Assembly (NCBI GenBank): GCA_964016885.1
Contig: OZ024756.1
Span: 7,812,001 to 7,876,000 of the forward strand
From: Eledone cirrhosa
Lineage: Eukaryota
DNA: 64,000 nt
Reading direction: 5' to 3'
The translations under genes were made by a program, and so were the position numbers. Position 1 is the first letter of the stretch. Every line of letters starts with the position of its first letter. This document shows, piece after piece, positions 36,352 through 51,481 of the stretch. Below the pieces are notes generated by a model. The model was not told the DNA's origin. It saw only the letters and a list, made by a program, of their open reading frames with translations, and ran no database searches.

Positions 36352-39300
36352 ACATATATCTCACTCTACATTATCTAATCTATAGTCTTACTATATCACA
36401 CTCTCTACATTATCTAATCTATAGTCTTACTATATGTCACCGTCTACATTATCTAATCCATAGTCTTACTATATATATCACACTCTCAATAATTATCTAA
36501 TCTATAGTCTTACTATATCACATTCTCTACATTAACTAATCTATAGTTTTAATATATATATCACACTCTCTACATTATCTAATCTATAGTCTTATTACAT
36601 CACACCCTCTACATTATCTAATCTATAGTCTTACTATATCACACCCTCTACATTATCTAATCTATAGTCTTACTATATCACACCCTCTACATTATCTAAT
36701 CTATAGTTTTACTATATATATCTCACTCTCTACATAATCTAATCTATAGTCTTGCTATATCAGACTCTCTGCATTATCTATTCTATAGTCTTACTATATC
36801 TCACTCTCTACATTATCTAATCTATTGTCTTACTATATCATTCTCCCTACATTATCTAATATATAGTCTTACTATATCACACTCTCTACATAATCTAATC
36901 TATTGTCTTACTATATCACACTCTCTACATTATCTAATCTATAGTCTTACTATATCATTCTCCCTACATTATGTAATCTACAGTCTTACTATATCACACT
37001 CTCTACATTATCTAATCTATAGATGAGATAATGTAGAGAGTGAGATATAGTAAGACTATATATAAGATAATGTAGAGAGAGTGATATAGTAAGACTATAG
37101 ATTAGATAATGTAGAGAGTGATATAGTAAGACTATAGATTAGATAATGTAGAGAGAGTTATATAGTAACTGATATAGCAAGATTAGATAATGTAGAAAGC
37201 ATGATATAGTAAGACTATAGATTAGATAATGTAGAGATTGTGATAGATATAGTAACACCATAGATTAGATAATGCAGAGAGTTTGATATAGTAAGACTAT
37301 AGATTAGATAATGTAGAGAGTGAGATATCTATAGTAAGAATATAAATTAGATAATGTAGAGAGTGTGATATAGTAAGACTATAGATTAGATAATGTAGAG
37401 AGTGTGATATAGTAAGACTATAGATTAGATAATGTAGAGAGTGAGATATAGTAAGACTATAGATGAGATAATGTAGAGAGTGTGATATGGTAAGACTATA
37501 GATTAGATAATGTAGAGTGTGATATAGTAACACTATAGATTATCTAATCTATATTCTTACTATATCTCACTCTCTACATTATCTAATCTATAGTCTTACT
37601 ATATCACCCTCTCTACATTATCTAATCTATAGTCTTACTATATCACACACTCTACATTATCTAATATATAGTCTGACTATATCTCACTCTCTACAATATC
37701 TAACCTATACTCATACTATATATATCACACTCTCTACATTATTTTAATCTATACTGTTACTATATATATCACACTCTCTACATTAGCTAATCTATAGTCT
37801 TACTATATCATACTCTCTACATTAGCTATTATATAGTCTTACTATATCACACACTCTACATTATCTAACCTATAGTCTTACTATATGTCACACTCTAGAT
37901 TATCTAAACTATAGTCTTACTATGTCTCACTCTCTACAATATCTAATCTATGGTCTTACTATATCACACTCTCTACATTATCTAATTTATAGTCTTACTA
38001 TATCTCACTCTCTATATTATCTAATCTATCGTCTTACTATATATATCACACTCTCTATATTATCTACTATATAGTCTTACTATATCACATCTGCTACATT
38101 AACTAATCATTAGTCTTACTATATATATCACACTATCTACATTATCTAATCTGTAGTCTTACTATATATATAACACTCTCTACATTATCTAATTTATAGT
38201 CTTACTATATATATCACACTCTCTGCATTATCTAATTTATAGTCTTACTATGTCACACTGCCTACATTATCTAATCTATAGATGAGATAATGTAGAGAGA
38301 GTGATGTAGTAAGACTATAGATTAGATAATGTAGAGAGTGTGATATATATAGTAAAACTATATATTAGATAAGGTGGAGTGTGTGATATATATAGTAAGA
38401 CTATACATTAGATAATGTAGAGAGTGTGATATTGTAAGACTATAGATTAGATAATGTAGGGAGTGTGGTATATATAGTAAGACTATAGATTAGATAATGT
38501 AGAGAGTGAGATATACTAAGACTATAGATTAGATAATACATAGAACGTGATATAGTAAGACTATAGATTAGTTAATGTAGAGAGTGTGATATAGTAAGAC
38601 TATAGATTAGATAATGTAGTGAACGTGATATATATAGTAACACTATAGATTAGATAATGTACAGAGTGTGATATAGTAAGAGTATATATTAGATAATATA
38701 GAGAGTGTGATATAGTAAGACTACAGATTAGATAATCTAGAGTGTGATATATATAGTAAACCTATCGATTAGATAATGTAGGAAGAATGATATAATAAGA
38801 CTATAGATTAGATAGTTTAGAGAGTGTAATATAGTAAGACAATAGATTAGATAATGTAGAGAGTGTTATAGAGTAAGACTAAAGATTAGTTAATGAAGAG
38901 AGTGTGATATAGTAAGACTATACATTAGATATTGTAGAGAGTGAGATATATATAGTAAGAATAGATTCGATAATGTAGAGAGTGTGATATATATAGTAAC
39001 ACTATAGATTAGAAAATGTGGAGAGGGTGATATAGTAAGATTACATATTAGATAATGTAGAGAGTGTGATATATATAGTAAGACTATAGCTTAGATAGTA
39101 GAGAGTGTGATATATATAGTAAGACTATATATTAGATAATGTAGAGAGTGTGATATAGTAAGAATATTTATTAGATAATGTATAGTGTTTGATATAGTAA
39201 GACTATAGATTAGATAATGTAGAGAGTGTGATATATATAGTAAGACTATAAATTAGATCATGTAGAGAGGGTAATATAGTAATACTATATATTAGATAAT

Positions 39301-42300
39301 GTATAGTTTGATATATAACAGTATAGATTAGATGAGGTAGAGAGTGTGATATATATAGTAAGACTATAGATAAGATGATGTAACGAGTGTGATATATATA
39401 GTAAAACTATATATTAGATAAGGTGGAGTGTGTGATATATATAGTAAGACTTTACATTAGATAATGTAGAGAGTGTGATATAGTAAGACTATAGATTAGA
39501 GAATGTAGAGAGTGTGATATATATAGTAAAACTATATATTAGAAAAGGTGGAGTGTGTGATATATATAGTAAGACTATACATTAGATAATGTAGAGAGTG
39601 TGATATAGTAAGACTATAGATTAGATAATGTAGGGAGTGTGGTATATATAGTAAATCTATAGATTACATAATGTAGAGACTGTGATATAGTAAGATGATA
39701 GATTAGATAATTTAGAGAGTGTGATATATATAGTAAGACTATAGATTAGATGATGTAGAGAGTGTGATATTGTAAGTCTATAGATTAGATAATGTAGAAA
39801 GTGTGATATAGTAAGTAGATAGATTAGATAATGTAGAGAGTGTGATATAGTAATACTATAGATTAGATAATATAGATAGTGTGATATAGTAAGACTATAC
39901 ATTAGATAATGTAGAGAGTGGGATATAGTAAGATTATAAATTGGATAATGTAGAGAGCGTGATATATATATATATAGTAAAACAATAGATTAGATAATAT
40001 AGAGAGTGTGATACAGTAAGACTATAGATTAGATAATCTAGGATGAATTATATAATAAGACTATACATTATATCGTGTAGGGAGTGTGATATAGTAAGAC
40101 TATAGATTAGATAATGTACAGAGTGTTATATAGTAAGACTATAGATTAGATAATGAAGAGAGTGTGATATAGTAAGACTATACATTAGATATTGTAGAGA
40201 GTGAGATATGTATAGTAAGACTATAGATTAGATTATGTAGAGAGTCTGATATAGTAATACTATAGATTAGATAATGTGGAGAGTGAGATATATATAGTAA
40301 GACTATAGATTAGATACTGTAGAGAGTGTGATATAGTAAGACTATAGATTAGATAATGTAGGGAGAATGATATAGTAAGACTATAAATTATATAGTGTAG
40401 AGAGTGTGACATAGTAAGACAATAGATTATATAATGTAGAGAGTGTGATATAGTAGGACTATAGATTAGATAATGTAGAGAGTGTGATATAGTAAGATTA
40501 TAGATTAGATAATGTGGAGAGGGTGATATAGTAAGACTATAGATTAGATAATGTAGAGAGTGTGATATAGTAAGACTATAGATTAGATAATGTAGAGAGT
40601 GTGATATAGTAAGACTATAGATTAGATAATGTAGAGAGTGTGATATAGTAAGTCTACAGATTAGATAATGTAGAGAGTGTGATATAGTAAAACTATAGAT
40701 TAGATAATGTAGAGAGTGTAATATTTATAGTAAAACTATAGATTAGATAATATAGAGAGTGTGATATAGTAAGACTATAGATTAAAGAATGTAATGAGTG
40801 TGATATAAATGTACTATAGATTAGATAATGTAGAGAGTGAGATATAGGATGACTATAGATTAGATAATGTAGGGGGAATGATAAAATGAGACAATATATT
40901 AGATAATGTAGAGTGTGAGATATAGTAGGACTATAGATTAGATAATGTAGAATGTGATACATATAGTAAGAATATAAATTAGATAGTGTAGAGAGTGTGA
41001 TATAGTAAGACTATAGATTATATAATGGAGAGAGTGAGATATGTATAGTAAGACTATAGACTATATAATGTAGAGAGTGTGACATAGAAAGACAATAGAT
41101 TATATAATGTAGAGAGTGTGATATAGTAAGACTATAGAATAGATACTGTAGAGAGTGTGATATTATAAGACTATAGATTAGATAATGTAGAGAGTGTGAT
41201 ATAGTAATACTATAGATTAGATAATGTAGAGAGTGTGATATATATAGTAAATCTATAGATTAGATAATGTACAGAGTGTGATATAGTAAGACTATAGATT
41301 AGATAATGTGGAGAGGGTGATATAGTAAGACTATAGATTAGATAATATAGAAAAAGTGATATAGTAAGACTATAGATTAGATAATGTGGAGAGGGTGATA
41401 TAGTAAGACTATAGATTAGATAATATAGAAAAAGTGATATAGTAAAACTATAGATTAGATAATGTAGAGAGTGTGATATATATAGTATTCTATAAATTAG
41501 ATAATGTAGAGAGTGTGATATAGTAAGACTATAGATTAGATAATGTAGAGTGTGTGATATAGTAAGACTATAGATTAGATAATGTAGAGAGTGTGATATA
41601 TATAGAAAATCTATAGATTAGCTAATGTAGATAGTGTGATATAGTAAGACTATAGATTAGATAATTTAGAGAGTGTGATATAGTAAGACTATAGATTATA
41701 TAATGGAGAGAGTGAGATATGTATAGTAAGACTATAGATTAGATAATGTAGAGAGTGTGATATAGTAAGACTATAGATTAGATAATGTAGAGAGTGTGAT
41801 ATATATAGTCAGACTATAGATTAGATAATGTAGACAGTGTGTGAAATATTGTAAGACTATAGTTTAGTATAATGTAGAGAGTGTGATATATATATATTAT
41901 GACTATAAATTAGATAATGTAGAGAGTGATATATACAGTAAGACTATACATTAGATAATGTAGAGAGTGTTATATAGTAAGACTATAGATTAGATAATGG
42001 GGAGAGTGAGATATATATAGTAAGACTATAAATTAGATAATATAGAGAGTGTGATATATATAGTAAGACTATAGATTAGATAATGTAGGGGGAATGATAT
42101 ACTAAGACTATAGATTAGATAATCTGGAGAGTGTGATATAGTAAGACGATAGATGAGATAATGTAGTAAGGTAGAGAGTGTGATATATAGTAAGACTATA
42201 GATTACATAAGGTAGAGAGTGTGATATATATAGAAAGACTATAAATTAGATAATGTAGAGAGTGTGATATAGTAAGACTATATATTAGATAATGTATAGT

Positions 42301-45300
42301 GTGATCTATAACACTATAGCTTAGATAATATAGAGAGTGTGATATATATAGTAAGACTATAGATTAGATGATGTAAAGAGAGTCATATATATAGTAAGAC
42401 TATAGATTATATAAGGGAGAGAGTGAGATATGTATAGTAAGACTATAGATTAGATTATGTAGAGAGTGTTGTATAGTAAGATTATAGATTAGATAATTAT
42501 TTCTACTTTAGGCACAAGGCCAGCAATTACCCAGTGCATTACTGGTACTTTATTTTATCGACCCCGTAAGGATGAAAGGCAAAGTCAACCTCGACGGGAT
42601 TTGAACTCAGATCGTAAAGGGACGTAACTATGCTGGAAAGCATGGCGTCCGACCTTCTACCGATACTGCCAATCCACCGCCCTTTATAGATTAGATAATG
42701 TAGGGAGAATGATATAGTAAGAGTATTGTTTAGATACTGTAGAGAGTGAGATATAGTAAGACTATAGATTAGATAGTGTAGAGAGTGTAATATTGTAAGA
42801 CACTAGATTAGGTAATTTAGAGGGTGTGATGTAGTAAGACTATATATTAGATAATGTAGAGAGTTGGTTATATATAGTAAGACTATAGATTAGAATAATG
42901 TAGAGAGTGTGATATGTATATAATATGACTATAGATTAGATAATGTAGAGAGTGTGATATATATAGTAAAACTATAGATTAGATAATATAGAGAGTGTAA
43001 TATAGTAAGACTATAGATTAGATAATGTAGAGAGTGTGATATATATAGTAAAACTATAGATTAGATAATGTAGAGAGTGTGATATATATAGTAAGACTAT
43101 AGATTAGATAATGTAGAGAGTGTGATATATATAGTAAGACTAATGATTAGATAGTGTAGAGAGTGAGATATAGTAAGAGTATATATTAGATAATGTAGAG
43201 AGTGTGATTTAGTAAGACGATAGATTAAATAATGTAGAGAGTGTGATATAGTAAGTCTATAGATTAGATAATGTAGGGTGAATGTTATAGTAAGACTATA
43301 GATTATATAGTGTAGAGAGTGTTACATTATAAGACAATATATGATATAATGTAGAGAGTGTGATATAGTAAGTCTATAGATTAGATAATGTAGAGAGTGT
43401 GATATATATAGTAAAACAATAGATTAGATAATGTAGAGAGTGTGTGATAGTAAGACTATAGATTATATAACGTAGAGAGTGAGATATGTATAGTAAGACT
43501 ATAGATTAGATAATGAAGAGATTCTGATATAGTAAGACTATAGATTAGATAGTGTAGAGTGTGTGATATTGTAAGACAATATATTAGGTAATGTAGAGCG
43601 TGAGATATATATAGTAAGACTATAAATTAGATAATGTAGAGAGTGTGATATAGTAAGACTATATATTAGATACTTTAGAGAGTGTGATATAGTAAGACTA
43701 TATATTAGATAATGTATAGAGTGTGATATAGTAAAACTATAGATTAGAGAGTGCGATATATATAGTAAGACTATAGATTAGATGATGTAAAGATTGTGAT
43801 ATATATAGGAAGACTATAGATTAGATAATGTAGAGAGTGAGATATAGTAAGATTATCTAATATATAGTCTTTCTATATATATCTTACTCTCTACCTTATC
43901 TAATCTAAAGTCTTACTATATCACACTCTCTACATTATCTAATCTAAAGTCTTACTATATATATCACACTCTCTACATTCTCTAATCCATAGTCTTACTA
44001 TATCTCGCTCTCTACGTTATCTAATTTATAGTCTTACTATATCGCACTCTCTACATTATATAATATATAGTCTTACTTTATATATCACACTATCTACATT
44101 ATCTAATCTATACTAGTACCATATATATCACACTCTCTACATTATCTTGTATATAGTTTTACTATATCACACTGTCTCCATTATATAATATATACTCTTT
44201 ATATATCGCACTCTCTACATTATATAATATATAGTCTTACTATATATATCTCACTCTCTGCATTATCTAATTTATAGTCTTACTATATCACACTCTCTAT
44301 ATTATCTAATCTATAGTCTTACTATATATATCACACTCTCTACATTATCTAATCTATAGTCTTACCCTTTATATCACACTCTCTACATTCGCTAATCTAT
44401 AGTCTTTCTATATCACACTCTCTACATTATCTAATCTCTAGTCTTACTATATATATCACACGCTCTACATTATCTAATATATTGTATTACTATATATATC
44501 ACACTATCTACATTATCTAATCTGTATTCTTACTTTATATATCACACTATCTACATTATCTAATCTATAATCTTACTACATATATCACACTCTCTACATT
44601 ATCTAATCTATAGTCTTACTATATCACACTCTCTACATTATCAAATATATCGTCTTACTATATATATCACACTCTCTACATTATCTTATATATAGTCTTA
44701 CTATATCACGCTCTCTGCATTATCTAATCTATAATATTATTATATCACACTCTCTATATTGTCTAATCTTTAGTCTAACTATATCGCACTCTCTACATTA
44801 TCTAAACTAGTCTTACTATATCTCATTTTCTATATTATCTAATTCATAGTCTTACTATATATATCTCACTCTCTACAGTATCTAATCAATGATTTTATTA
44901 TATCACACTCTCTACATTATATAATCTATAGTCTTACTATATCGCACTCTATACATTATATAATATATAGTCTTACTCTATCACACTCTCTACATTGTTT
45001 AATATAATGTCTTACTATATATATCACACTCTCTACATTATCTAAACTATATTCTTACTATATCTCACTCTCTACATTATATAATCTATAGTCTTACTAT
45101 ATATATATCTCACTCTATGTATTATCTATTCTAAAGTCTTACTATATCAAACTCTCTACATTATCTAATCTAGAATCTTACTATATCACACTCTCTACAA
45201 TATCTCATCTCTAGTCTTACTATATATATCTCACTCTCTACATTATCTAATCTAGAGTCTTACTATATCACATGCTCTACATTATCTAATCTATGGTCTT

Positions 45301-46735
45301 ATTATATCTCACTCTCTACAATATCTAATCTATAGTCTTGCTATATATATCTCACTCTCTACATTATCTAATCTATAGTCTTACTATATCTCACTCTCTA
45401 CTTATATAATCTATAGCCTTACTATATATATCACACTCTCAACATTATCTAATCTATTGTCTTACAATATCTCACACTCTACATTATCTAATCTATACTC
45501 TTACTATATTACACTCTCTACATTATATAATCTATAGACTTACTATATCGCACTCTCTACATTATATAATATATAGTCTTACTATATATATCTCAATCTC
45601 TACATTATCTAATCTATAGTCTAATTATATCACACTCTATACATTGTCTAATCTAAAGTCATACTATATATATCACATTCTCTACATTATCTAATTGATA
45701 GTCTTACTATATCACTCTCTCTACATTATCAATCTATATTCTTACTATATCATACTTTCTACATTATCTAATCAATGATCTTATTATATCACACTCTATA
45801 CATTGTCTAATCTAAAGTCTTACTATATATATCACACTCTCTACATTATCTAATCAATAGTCTCACTATACCACACTCTCTACATTATCTAATCTATAGT
45901 CTTACTATATATATAACACTCTCTACATTAACTAATCTATAATCTTACAATATCTCACACTCTAGATTGTCTAATCTACAGTCTTACTATATCACACTCT
46001 CTACATTATCTAATCTATAGTCTTACTATTTCACACTCTCTACATTATCTAATATATAGTCTTACTATATCACACTCTCTACATTATCTAATCTATAGTC
46101 TTACTATATCACACCCTCTACATTATCTAATCTATAGTCTTACTATATCTCACTCTCTACTTATATAATCTATAGCCTTACTATATATACCACACATCCA
46201 ACATTATCTGATCTATAGTCTTACTATATCTCACTCTCTACATTAACTAATCCATAATCTTACAATATCTCACTCTCTACATTGTCTAATCTAAAGTCTT
46301 ACTATATCACACTCCCTACATTATCTAATATATAGTCTTACTATATCACACCCTCTACATTATCTAATCTATAGTCTTACTATATCACACTCTCTACATT
46401 ATCTAATCTATATCTTACTATATCACACCCTCATAATTATCTTATCTATAGTCTTACTATATCACACTCTCTACATTATCTAATCTATAGTCTTACTATA
46501 TATATCACACTCTCTACATTATCTAATCTATAGACTTACTATATATATCACACTCTCTACATTATCTAATCTATAGCCTTACTATATATATCACACTCTC
46601 TACATTATCTAATCTATAGACTTACTATATATATCACACTCTCTACATTATCTAATCTATAGTCTTACTATATATATCACACTCTCTACATTATCTAATA
46701 TATAATATTACTATATATATCACACTCTCTACATT
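36352..46735. repeat. 39-bp (39-45) satellite array with orientation flips
   Basis: Unit CTATAGTCTTACTATATCACACTCTCTACATTATCTAAT; flips near 37020, 37540, 38279 and 43852. Confidence 0.97.
42498..42683 (-). mobile_element. SINE inserted in the satellite, 16-bp TSD
   Basis: TTATAGATTAGATAAT at 42482-42497 and 42684-42699. Confidence 0.92.
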
Positions 46736-47333
46736 AAATATGCTTTCCTCAAAAATATTCCTTTCTAAGATGTCATTGATTTAAACAATAAAATACTTCA
46801 CTAAATATGAAAATATAGTGTTTTTGTTGATGTTATTGCTGTTGTTGTTGCTGTTTTTATTGTTGCTGATGTTGTTGTTGATTCTATTGTTGTTATTCCT
46901 GTTGTTGTTGATGTTGTTTTTATTGATATTGTTTATGGTTTTATCGTTGATCTTGTTGACCCTTAAATAAAACCAAACGAATTCACACTCTCTCTCTCTT
47001 TCTTCCTCCCTTTCTCCCTCTCTCACTCTCCCTCTCTCTCTTTCTTTCTCCCTCACTCCATCTCCCTCCCTCTCTCTCTCTCTCTCTGACATACACATCA
47101 ATTTAGAGCCATTATAATTAGGACAAGCCATGAGTTCACACCTAGAAAGTTCCTCTTCACGTTACAAACCTGGTGAATATGTTTTGTGAAAGTAGGGCAT
47201 GGTAGTCTCCCATTTCCGGTTACCAAAGTTGTCCAATAGAAAGGCTAATAGAGCTTGGCATCAGTGTCATTATAACCCCCCCCACACACACACACACACA
47301 CACACCCCCACACACATACACACACATACACAC

Positions 47334-47369
<36 letters not shown>

Positions 47370-47440
47370 GGTAAATATTGATGCAATTCAAATCAAGCAC
47401 TCAACGTACTTTTTCCACATAGGTGTGACGGAGTAAATAT

Positions 47441-47705
47441 CGAATAATGAAAATCGAAGTAGTTTCAGATGTTCAAGTCCTTTAATAATAATGCTGTGAT
47501 ATATATTTCAGTGACGACACTGGCCACACTGTCGATCCAATTTGGATTGCCTCGGAAACATAACCTTATTATGTAACAAGCTGTCTGATGATGACACGAC
47601 ACTCGCACACAGAACAGTGTGGCCAGTGTCGTCACTGAAATATATATCACAGCATTATTATTAAAGGACTTGAACATCTGAAACTACTTCGCTTTTCCTT
47701 ATTCG

Positions 47706-47708
<3 letters not shown>
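47441..47708 (+). mobile_element. Fold-back element with hammerhead
   Basis: IR arms about 47441-47531 and 47615-47705; ends TTCGTTA(TA)n. Confidence 0.8.
47580..47653 (+). ncRNA. Type-I hammerhead ribozyme
   Basis: GCTGT-CTGATGA-TGAC-ACGACACT..AGTGTCGT-CACT-GAAA-TATATA-TC|ACAGC; base of stem II imperfect. Confidence 0.72.
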
Positions 47709-47758
<50 letters not shown>

Positions 47759-47871
47759 TTAGCCCGGGTTCAATCGGGGTTAACCACAGTAACCACGATA
47801 AGCACAGAAGCCATTTTTATATTATATATATATATATACATTATATATATATAATGTATATATATATATAT

Positions 47872-48063
47872 ATAGGAACCAGTAAGACCCCGACAGCTGA
47901 GCTCAAGCCGTTTCGACGGCTAATTCTGAGAATTAGCCGTCGAAACGGCTTGAGCTCAGCTGTCGGGGTCTTACTGGTTCCTATTACCCACTCTACTATC
48001 TCAAGTATTGAGTACTTTGGTGCGTTATGGTCCACCGGGTTCCTTACCACATTTCCTTCGTTA
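47872..48063 (+). mobile_element. Family C fold-back element with perfect 56-bp palindrome
   Basis: Arms 47872-47927 and 47929-47984 around a single G. Confidence 0.88.
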
Positions 48064-48477
48064 TATATATATATATACAGTATATGTGTGTGTGCGTATG
48101 TGTGTGTTTATTTATGTATGTATATATATTAGAAAAGGTCGGGCTGGACACCCGATCGCGCGGTTAAACCACTGGGAGTGAAGGACCCCTAGACTTTGTC
48201 AGGGCATTCTTCTAGGAGAAGGCAACTCAGGATACTGGGATAACTCCGATATCAAACCTGCAGCTCAGTAGTTACCGATGATGTTGATCTTTTCTTCTTT
48301 TCGTGTTATAGCTACTGTCGCTCAGAGAGTGGGATTGGCTCAGTGCACAGTGTTTCCTCACTTTAAAAAAATATCTTCACGCACAGGAGTTGCACGATAG
48401 AATTAATTAATAATTATTGATAATGGTATAACGTGCAATAGCCATACTCGATAACGAGGGGGCAGCCACCATGTATG

Positions 48478-48533
<56 letters not shown>

Positions 48534-48612
48534 GTAAACAGAAATAACAACACAATCAGTACAGTATATGGAAGCGATATATTAGGTTAACGTTTGATAT
48601 AGCTGGAAGAGG

Positions 48613-48672
<60 letters not shown>

Positions 48673-48782
48673 AAAAGGAATCCCAACTTTGTCTGATTTA
48701 CTCGTTTTATTTACAATCCTTTAAAAATGATAATGGTATTAGAATGAACTAGTATGGTAGAATATTAAATGTTAAGTGTTAA

Positions 48783-48823
48783 TTGAACAAGTACTTTCAT
48801 GCTTTCGCAATCTTCAGGTTCAA
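48783..48823 (-). ncRNA. Minimal type-I hammerhead ribozyme
   Basis: TTGAAC-CTGAAGA-T-TGC(GAAA)GCA-T-GAAA-GTAC-TT|GTTCAA; palindromic stem III AGTACT. Confidence 0.78.
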
Positions 48824-49110
48824 ATTGTGTGGTGACAGTCAAGTTTGCAATTTTCAACTGTCAGTTGAAAATTATATATATATATACAACTGTCAGTTGA
48901 AAATTATATATATATATATATATACAACTGTCAGTTGAAAATTATATATATATACAACTGTCAGTTGAAAATTATATATATATATACAGAACAAACAAGG
49001 TATAGAGCGACCCACAAGAACCAACCTAATAAAACCAACCGGATATACATAGAAAAACATGCAACCAGCTAGTGGCAAGTAAATAAAGATAGAAATAAAT
49101 CACAATAGAA

Positions 49111-49141
<31 letters not shown>

Positions 49142-49496
49142 TATAACGCATACGCAACCCAAATACACACCACATAACACACAAAAGCAAGATAGTGTGT
49201 AGGACAGAACAAACGAGAAACACAAAATAACAAATTAGTCATTAATTTTTCATTATCTATCTATATAATACTAAAAGTCTGTTATTGGTTGGTTGCTTGT
49301 CTTTAATGTAATACAGCCAGTGATAACAAATGCAAGTCATTTTACATATCCTATTCATTGTTTTACGATCGTTTCGGAGGGTTGATCATATCGCTATATT
49401 GACTGATCTACAGTAGTTATAGAACTGTATACTATCAAACATAATATATGGGCTCGATCATACCACGAAATATAAACCACCACCACCACACACACA

Positions 49497-49596
<100 letters not shown>

Positions 49597-49749
49597 TAAA
49601 TATATATATGTGTGTGTGTGTGAGAGAGACAACTTATTGGGAAAACCTACTCCTTCATAAGAAGACTGCGGTGGCGTGGTTTCCACTTTGAAAATAAAGA
49701 AAAAACTGATAAGAAAAACACCAATCATAGTTTTGATCTTATTTTTAGA

Positions 49750-50830
49750 TCTAGAAAAAATCCTCCTTATAAAAAACTGCTGGCTAACTTCGAAAATGAA
49801 ATTATAAATATAATAAGGAACATTAAATTCTAGAAAAACCCATATAGAGGCCAGGAATACCTCAGAGGTCTAAAGGAAAAAATTATTGACATGCAAAAAA
49901 TAAATAAAATATTAGTGAAATCAGATAAAACGAATAACCTATATGGGATGGAAAGAGTAAAATATAATGACTTAATTTTAAAAGAACTGAGGAAAAATTA
50001 TAAAAAGGCCCCAAGTGAGGATTTATTGGATATTAATAGTGAGGCATTCAAAATTATCACCAATCTTGGAATAGAGCGGAAGAAAGAACCTTTCATACCA
50101 AAACAACCGCGCATATAATTTTAAAGACCATAAAAGAAATTTCGAGGAGGTTTTACCAGTTAGACTCATGGCACCTTCTAAATCCGATCTTGGAATAATT
50201 AGTAAAAATATAATAGATAGGATTTTACCAACACTTAAATTGAGGTCACGGCTAAATCTATGGAAAGGCACTAGTGAAGTTATAGATTGGTTCAAAAATA
50301 TTAAACATAACAATAACTATAAGTTCATTCAAATGGATATAGCGAGTTATTATTCCTCGATAACTCCTAATCTATTAAATAAGGCGCTATCATATGCATA
50401 TAAACACACAGACCTATCTAGTGAGGAGATAAGTATATTAACAGCAAGGCGAACCTTGATTGAGTTTAATAATTGTTTCTACTTTTGGCACAAGGCCAGC
50501 AATTACCCAGTGCATTACTGGTACTTTATTTTATCGACCCCGTAAGGATGAAAGGCAAAGTTAACCTCGGCGGGATTTGAACTCAGAATGGCAAGGAGCA
50601 TAACTCTATGCGTCAAAGCATGGCGTCCGACCCTCTACCGATACTGCCAATCCGCCGCCCTGATTGAGTTTAATAATGATCTTTGGACTAGGGCAGATAG
50701 ACAGAAGAATTTTGACAATACTATGTGTTCGTCAGATTCGGCGCAAGTTACAGATCTTGTGGGCATTTTTATCCTTAACATGATAAATAGAAAACTGCCG
50801 GAGATTACCGGGGGTTTATATAGGGACGAT
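49750..50830 (+). mobile_element. Penelope-like element RT pseudogene, interrupted by a SINE
   Basis: KSDKTNNLY, KDHK.NF..PVRL.APSKSDLGIISK, VIDWF, FIQMDIASYYSSI, FDNTM.S.DSAQV.DLVG, GLYRDD. Confidence 0.85.
50474..50660 (-). mobile_element. SINE with 17-bp TSD
   Basis: TGATTGAGTTTAATAAT at 50457-50473 and 50661-50677. Confidence 0.95.
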
Positions 50831-50834
50831 AGCT

Positions 50835-51316
50835 TTGTGGTATTCGTTTCGGCTTTCTCAGTTCAAATACCACCGATGTCAACTTTGCTTTCATCCATCT
50901 GAGATCGATAAAAACCTACCAGTTTGGTACTGGGGTCGATTCTTCCTCTCTCTTTCTTACTTCCATTCTCTCACTCTCTATTCTTCTCTGTGAATAATTG
51001 TTTCTACTTTTAGCACAAGGCTAGCAATTACCCCAGTGCATTACTGGTACTTTATTTTATCGACCCCGTAAGGATGAAAGGCAAAGTTAACCTCGGCGGG
51101 ATTTGAACTCAGAATTTGAACTCAGGATTTGAACTCAGAATGGCAAGGGTTGTAACTCCATGCGTCAAAGCATGGCGTCCGACCCTCTACCGAATAATTT
51201 GCTGTATTCAGACCTGGAGAGGAGATGGGCTCCTCCAGATTTAAAAATGCCCTAGAAAGGCTATATGTCACTACGGTGTCTCTACCACTTCATCAGGTAT
51301 TATGGGACCACACCAT
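50835..51316 (+). mobile_element. Long-family SINE interrupted by a short-family SINE (50999-51191, minus)
   Basis: Homology to 17578-17958; GAATAAT duplicated at 50992-50998 and 51192-51198; inner SINE has a triplicated ATTTGAACTCAG. Confidence 0.8.
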
Positions 51317-51481
51317 GCTAATATACAACAATATTTTCTATATAATTTCAAACAAAATTTATTCCGGCACCACCTCTACGTAAGTAACACATTTGGATAT
51401 TTATTACTCACAGATTTTACATTATTTGTATTTAAACCTATATGGTGGATTGGCTACATACAGTTATTATTTGTATATACA

